DNA of 64,000 nucleotides from Candidatus Udaeobacter sp. (GTDB lineage Bacteria; Patescibacteriota; Patescibacteriia; Magasanikbacterales; GWA2-37-8): NCBI GenBank assembly GCA_035473115.1, contig DATION010000005.1, positions 86,339 to 150,338 of the forward strand, read 5' to 3'. Shown piece by piece: positions 59,287 to 64,000 of this stretch (position 1 is its first letter; each line of letters starts with the position of its first letter). The notes under the pieces were generated by a model. It saw only the letters and a program-made list of their open reading frames with translations, ran no database searches and was not told where the DNA came from. The position numbers and the translations under genes were made by a program.

Positions 59287-60723
59287 TTACTTAAAAACCC
59301 CTCCATGCTCAATGGTCACTCCGCTAGTGTGCGGAGAAGCAGCCACAATTTTCTCTGTCTTGTCACGAGCTTGGATCAGCCTATCATAGCTAACCGGCTG
59401 AGTATGCTCAATAAACAGTCTATTTAGCCTGGACTGATCGGACCAGACAAAATACCCATCCTCTTCAAATTTGCGATACAAAGCTAGGACTTCCGCCCAT
59501 TTATTTTTTGTGGCCTGATGCTTAAACCTCTCAAACACCGGACTTCCGGGCAGAATTATTTGTACAAAATTTCCCCAAGCGCGGATGATATCGCCAAACT
59601 CCGCAAGAACATCTTGGACAAAATCTGGCAACTCACCGAGGTTACTGTCTGTTACTCCATTACCAATTACTAAGCCAGTTTTAACATGTATGCCATTATC
59701 ACGACATATCTGCAAAACTCGCCTAATTGACGGCTGAGGTTTGTGGAGCGCTAGACGCGTTCTTTTATCCCAGCCATCAAAACCGATGTAAGCTATCCTG
59801 ATACCGGCTCGTTTGAGAAGTGGGGCCGTTTCCGGATTAATTGAGTTAGCTGTCAAATAGACAAACTTGCTTAGACCCCCTTCCTTGCCGAAATAGTTTT
59901 CTCGCTCTTGGCAATAATTGCTCAGCCAGCTCACCATTTCGCCAGGTCTAAGTGTTGGCAGCCATTGATTAGAAACATCAAAACACCAAGTTGCTCCCCA
60001 TCTGTCAGCCATTTGCCTCTCAAACCAAAAATGTTCAGCCAAATTCCTAAATACCGGTTTAAGATCAACACCTTGAAGGGAACACATATCGCAGACTTGG
60101 TTGGCATAAGCCCAAGCGCAACCACGAACACTCTCCATTGTCAGTTGGCGAATATTCGTAAACGGACCCATCCGGTAACTACTCGTTTCTTCGAGTCTTT
60201 CCGCTAAAGCAAGGTAGTTATCATAATTTGGCAAAGCATAACTATCCTTGGAAGCTCCTTCAACATACCCATTGGAAAAACGATCCCCAGCATATACCTT
60301 CCTTAATGTTTCTTCAGCATCTCCCACTGCAATATAATCTAAGTAATCTCTGCTTAGATAAGCAGACGGACAAACCCGAATAAGCTGTCCACCTACTCCC
60401 ACCTTAATTCTACCCTGGTATAATCGCTTAAGCTGCTCAAGAAGACTAAGTGTAGTTTGCGCATTATAAATCAAAATTGTTGCGAGGATGACAGGCTGGA
60501 AACCAAGTCTCAATCTTTCCTCAATAAGACTAATCAAAACACCAAGGGCTGTATTTCCAACTCCTAAGTAGCCCTCATCAACACAAACCCCTGGATACCC
60601 TAGAGCGGAAGAGATGTTGTTTAACACCGCAATACTGCTATTGGGCATCATTTTAGTTTCAAATCTCTCAGCCATTCCTTCGCCAGGATTACCATGAAAA
60701 AAAATGGGGCTGATTTTGATCAT
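59287..60723 (-). CDS. Putative radical SAM-like / B12-binding-domain protein with a non-canonical Cys motif (C-x8-C-x2-C)
   Basis: ESVRGCAWAYANQVCDMCS cluster after a roughly 170-aa Rossmann-like N-terminal region. Weak call. Confidence 0.3.
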   Translation of the reverse strand: MIKISPIFFHGNPGEGMAERFETKMMPNSSIAVLNNISSALGYPGVCVDEGYLGVGNTALGVLISLIEERLRLGFQPVILATILIYNAQTTLSLLEQLKRLYQGRIKVGVGGQLIRVCPSAYLSRDYLDYIAVGDAEETLRKVYAGDRFSNGYVEGASKDSYALPNYDNYLALAERLEETSSYRMGPFTNIRQLTMESVRGCAWAYANQVCDMCSLQGVDLKPVFRNLAEHFWFERQMADRWGATWCFDVSNQWLPTLRPGEMVSWLSNYCQERENYFGKEGGLSKFVYLTANSINPETAPLLKRAGIRIAYIGFDGWDKRTRLALHKPQPSIRRVLQICRDNGIHVKTGLVIGNGVTDSNLGELPDFVQDVLAEFGDIIRAWGNFVQIILPGSPVFERFKHQATKNKWAEVLALYRKFEEDGYFVWSDQSRLNRLFIEHTQPVSYDRLIQARDKTEKIVAASPHTSGVTIEHGGVFK

Positions 60724-60926
60724 ACTACCTCCTCCAGATTGTCAAAGAGTGATATTGAACTTTTTATAGTTTGATAAGTAATTTTACTATGATAACTAAA
60801 TTTGTCAGTAATAAATATCATAATTTATGGATAAAATAGCTCTATTTAAGAGGGAATTTAATATTTAAAATATTTTGTTCGTAAAAATTGACAAAATAAT
60901 TTAATTTTGTCATTATAATATAATCT

Positions 60927-61718
60927 ATGCTAGAGAATAAAAACTTACAGATAAACTTAAGAAAAATTGGCTTGAGCGAAAAAGAAGCTGCTATTTATAG
61001 CGCCGTTCTCGATCTTGGTTTTGCTTTTCCTTCAAAAATTGCCGAGATTACCAAGCTCAATCGCAGCACTGTTTATAAAATTTTAATGAACCTCTCGGTC
61101 AAAGGGCTACTGACAGAAATTGAAAAAAACAAAAAGATCTGCTACCAAATTGAACGGCCGCAAAAACTAATGTTATTTGCCAAAGAACAAGTTTCTTTGG
61201 CTGAAGACCGTTTAGAAGAAACAAAAAAAATTATCCCCAACATAGAGGGATTATTTTCCGCTATCAGCAACAAACCCAAGGTGCGTTTTTTTGAAGGCTT
61301 GGATGGAATTCTAAATGTTTATGAAGACCATATCAGTGAAACTGAGCCATATGAAATGCTGGGCTATAGCAATGTGGAAGAACTGATGAAAGTTATGCCT
61401 GAACCGTTTAAAAAAAAGTATATAAAAGCCAAAGAAAAAAATGAAATAACTGCTCGAGGTATTTTCCCCAACAATCAATTTGGGATTGATTACGGCAAGA
61501 AAATTTATCAAGAAACTAACAAAAAGTTTTGGCCAAAAATACGATTTATTCCGGCTGATCAATTCCCTTTTAAGGGCGAGGTCACGATCTATGGAAAAAA
61601 TAAAGTGTCCATTATAGACTTTCACGAAAATTTTTTGATCGGCATTATAATTGAAGACTTAACAATAGCCGGTATGATGCGAATGATTTTTGAGTTAGCC
61701 TGGAAGGGAGCGATATAA
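60927..61718 (+). CDS. TrmB-family transcriptional regulator
   Basis: N-terminal wHTH LSEKEAAIYSAVLDLGFAFPSKIAEITKLNRSTVYKIL. Confidence 0.7.
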   Translation: MLENKNLQINLRKIGLSEKEAAIYSAVLDLGFAFPSKIAEITKLNRSTVYKILMNLSVKGLLTEIEKNKKICYQIERPQKLMLFAKEQVSLAEDRLEETKKIIPNIEGLFSAISNKPKVRFFEGLDGILNVYEDHISETEPYEMLGYSNVEELMKVMPEPFKKKYIKAKEKNEITARGIFPNNQFGIDYGKKIYQETNKKFWPKIRFIPADQFPFKGEVTIYGKNKVSIIDFHENFLIGIIIEDLTIAGMMRMIFELAWKGAI

Positions 61719-61727
61719 TTAGCAATT

Positions 61728-62372
61728 CTATTCCCTATCGGTAAATACAACCAAACGCTGAGAATATTGCTTGGAACGCTTATTCCATACTCCAACACAA
61801 GTAATCAAATTCAAGTGCGCGAGATCATCATCGGCGCTAAAAACTTCCGAGGTATCATCTTTGATACTATATACACGTACCTTACGCACTACAAACGAAA
61901 TCGTAACTCCATTATTATCTTTTACAAAAATTTTATCTCCCGGTTTTAATTTATTTAAATTAGCAAATACGGCAGTGGCTCCACTATACCAATTAACATG
62001 CCCGGCCATTACCGCGCTGCCAATCTCTCCGGGACGAACACCTAAATTAAACCAAGCAACATCACTGGGAATTTTCGGTGCGCCCATTGATTTATCTTTT
62101 GTCAAACCAACATTTTCAACACTAGCGTTAACTTTTAATTTTGGAATCTGCAAACGAACCGGCAATCCTATAACTGGCTTTACTGGTATTGTACTTAGTA
62201 AAGCTGGTAACTTCATATCAGAACCTTGAACCGGCCGATTAAAATTTGGCAAAAAAATAATTATTACAGAAAATATAACCGTTGCGATACTACCAATAAA
62301 TACTGGCGGTTTTAGAGAAATTTTCAATCGCATAAATTTGAGCAAAGATTCACAATCACAAGAGCCAGACAA
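61728..62372 (-). CDS. Sortase (class E/F-like transpeptidase)
   Basis: N-terminal TM, catalytic His in MAGHVNWY, TLxTC-type LNLITCV active-site Cys, and a downstream Arg. Confidence 0.75.
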   Translation of the reverse strand: MSGSCDCESLLKFMRLKISLKPPVFIGSIATVIFSVIIIFLPNFNRPVQGSDMKLPALLSTIPVKPVIGLPVRLQIPKLKVNASVENVGLTKDKSMGAPKIPSDVAWFNLGVRPGEIGSAVMAGHVNWYSGATAVFANLNKLKPGDKIFVKDNNGVTISFVVRKVRVYSIKDDTSEVFSADDDLAHLNLITCVGVWNKRSKQYSQRLVVFTDRE

Positions 62373-62420
62373 AAAACCGTCTGACTCTCATTGTTTATAA
62401 GTCCTTACTTAAAACTAAAT

Positions 62421-64000
62421 TTATAATGATTTTTTTCTGCGAATTACGAAGAACAAACCTGAGCCTGCCAAAAGTATGCCTGTTGATATTTCCCATAAAA
62501 TATTTGCACTGGAACCAACGCCTGTGTTTGGCACTTTGGGAACTGCCACCACAACAGTAGCGATGGCAAAATCTCTAATTGTTAAACCATTGGCTTCACC
62601 TCTGGCTATAACAGTATTGACAGTTGTTCTGGTTAATCTTGACTGACAACTAAAGGTCCAAGTTTCGGAAGGATCAAGCATTAAATTCCCGTCTGTATCA
62701 CCGGAAATATATTTTACCGGACTGCATTTATTATCGGTGAGACGAACATTGGTTAGCGGAACTAAACCCGGATTAGTAACTTCGTCGGTATAGGTCACCA
62801 TTCCTCCTCCAGCATCCAGAGCTAATGGATTAGGAACTTTGGTTACATGGATTAACGGTGGTACTATCGATTGACCAACCACAACATTGGCACTAGCGAT
62901 ATCTACCGCGCTAATACCATTTGCCCAACCAGTGGCTACAACTGTATTGGTATGAGTTTCGGATAATTGGGTGGTACATGTATAAATCCAGGTTTCATTA
63001 ACATCAAGTCTTCCATCATTATTTGTGTCACCAGAAATTAAACTCACCGGAGCGCAGGTATCTCCAACCATAGTAACATCAGTCATCGGCACTGTGCCAA
63101 TATTACGAACTGTATAAGTATAAGTGACATTTCCCGGACCATTTGGCAATGCCAATGGATTAGGAACTTTAACTACATCAATCAGCGGCGGCACTACCGG
63201 AACTAAAGGCGAACCAATATCATTGTTGGTGATGATACAAAATATGTTGCCCCCTTTATACAAACCAAACTGTCCGTTAGCATCACAGTCACCAGAAAAT
63301 GATCTGGTATACCCAGAAGAAGTAACTTCGGTTACAGAATATAGACCGGCAGGTGCTGGAAAATTATTAGTTTGGCCAGATCCGACTAAAGTACCATTAA
63401 CAAATAATGGAAAATCACTAATAGTTTTAGTGCCATTATTATCATTGATAACGACTTTGACAACATTTACCGTACCTCGACCTGGACTGCTGCCACCAAC
63501 AACAGTTGCTGGAGCGGAATTACAAGTTGGCCCAGAAATTGTGGTTGGAGTGCCATTTAATACCAAAGAACTAGTGAGTGAAATAGCTCGACCATTAACA
63601 TTGGCACCGGAAGCAAAAGTGATATCGCGAGAAGCGATAAGAGTTCCAACAAAATTACTGCCAGAACCGATAGTTGCATCCCGGCCAACTTGCCAAAATA
63701 CATGACAGGCTTGAGCGTTGCCAGCCAACACTACAGAACCAGTAAAGGTCATATCTTGTCCAACTTGAAAGACCCAAACATCATCAAAGCCACCATCAAG
63801 AGTAATTGTTCCAGTAAATGTAGTATCTAAAGCTACCGTCCAAACTCCTGGTATCGGACTCCATGGACTGCTTCCCCATCCACCACTAGTGGTTTGACCT
63901 GCTAAATTATTAAACGCGCTTAAAGCATCAGTTTGAGCAGTTTGAGAAAGACCACCCGTACCAAAATATTCTGTGCCTAAAACTGTCCAAGTACCAGTTC
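62421..64000 (-). CDS. Sortase-substrate surface protein (5' part beyond the window): DUF3494 ice-binding-like domain + DUF11-type repeats + C-terminal VPNTG sorting signal
   Basis: The frame is open to the window end. ACHVFWQVG...NGRAISLTS ice-binding-like block, TYTYTVRNIG and ETWIYTCT DUF11-like repeats, C-terminal KVPNTG + hydrophobic stretch + RRKKSL. Confidence 0.65.
   Translation of the reverse strand, partial: TGTWTVLGTEYFGTGGLSQTAQTDALSAFNNLAGQTTSGGWGSSPWSPIPGVWTVALDTTFTGTITLDGGFDDVWVFQVGQDMTFTGSVVLAGNAQACHVFWQVGRDATIGSGSNFVGTLIASRDITFASGANVNGRAISLTSSLVLNGTPTTISGPTCNSAPATVVGGSSPGRGTVNVVKVVINDNNGTKTISDFPLFVNGTLVGSGQTNNFPAPAGLYSVTEVTSSGYTRSFSGDCDANGQFGLYKGGNIFCIITNNDIGSPLVPVVPPLIDVVKVPNPLALPNGPGNVTYTYTVRNIGTVPMTDVTMVGDTCAPVSLISGDTNNDGRLDVNETWIYTCTTQLSETHTNTVVATGWANGISAVDIASANVVVGQSIVPPLIHVTKVPNPLALDAGGGMVTYTDEVTNPGLVPLTNVRLTDNKCSPVKYISGDTDGNLMLDPSETWTFSCQSRLTRTTVNTVIARGEANGLTIRDFAIATVVVAVPKVPNTGVGSSANILWEISTGILLAGSGLFFVIRRKKSL

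Overview
This 64 kb window is low-GC (about 35-40%) bacterial chromosome. The gene content and organisation suggest an uncultivated Patescibacteria/CPR-like lineage; that placement is an inference, not a database result.

What the sequence supports:
- Housekeeping genes: nusB (5' truncated by the window edge), rnc, a P-type cation ATPase, pnp, rpsO, glmS, ruvB, a class II (B12-dependent) ribonucleotide reductase with an adjacent PduO-type adenosyltransferase, galU, and a SucC/SucD/citryl-CoA-lyase-like cluster.
- RNA genes: nine tRNA or tRNA-like genes, and a 23S-5S rRNA operon on the minus strand with no 16S gene within about 500 bp upstream of the 23S 5' end.
- The 23S carries a roughly 100-nt AT-rich intervening sequence at the helix-45 position.
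- The rRNA promoter is a consensus TTGACA-16-TGnTATAAT.
- Accessory, surface-related content dominates the middle of the window.
- A tandem array of nine diverged signal-peptide/2-TM pilin-like paralogs (VirB2/TrbC-like, some with Cys-rich tails) lies at 29.1-35.0 kb.
- A locus with two prepilin-type minor pilins, a PilX-like protein and a 1546-aa surface protein lies at 37.4-46.4 kb.
- A sortase gene sits next to a VPNTG-anchored surface protein at the right edge.

Three short GC-rich (50-62%) insertions stand out against the AT-rich background:
- 4.4-7.9 kb: a textbook sigma70 promoter driving two translationally coupled micro-ORFs, plus two paralogous large proteins sharing a beta-carbonic-anhydrase-like C-x-D-G-R-V metal-site motif.
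- 18.6-20.0 kb: a single gene directly downstream of 5S rRNA, interrupted by one in-frame TAG.
- 55.1-55.8 kb: a LuxR/GerE-type HTH regulator.

Other unexplained structure:
- A recurring family of GC-clamp hairpins with CGC-TNA-GCG centres in 5' leaders.
- Two GC-rich structured repeats flanking a GNAT gene that show compensatory base changes.
- A roughly 1.1 kb non-coding segment bounded by about 90 bp direct repeats that each carry an extended -10 promoter. It contains a tRNA-like gene with a Thr anticodon and an abnormally long 32-nt variable arm.
- Partial 5' tRNA duplicates upstream of two tRNA genes.

No CRISPR array, transposase or integrase was recognised.
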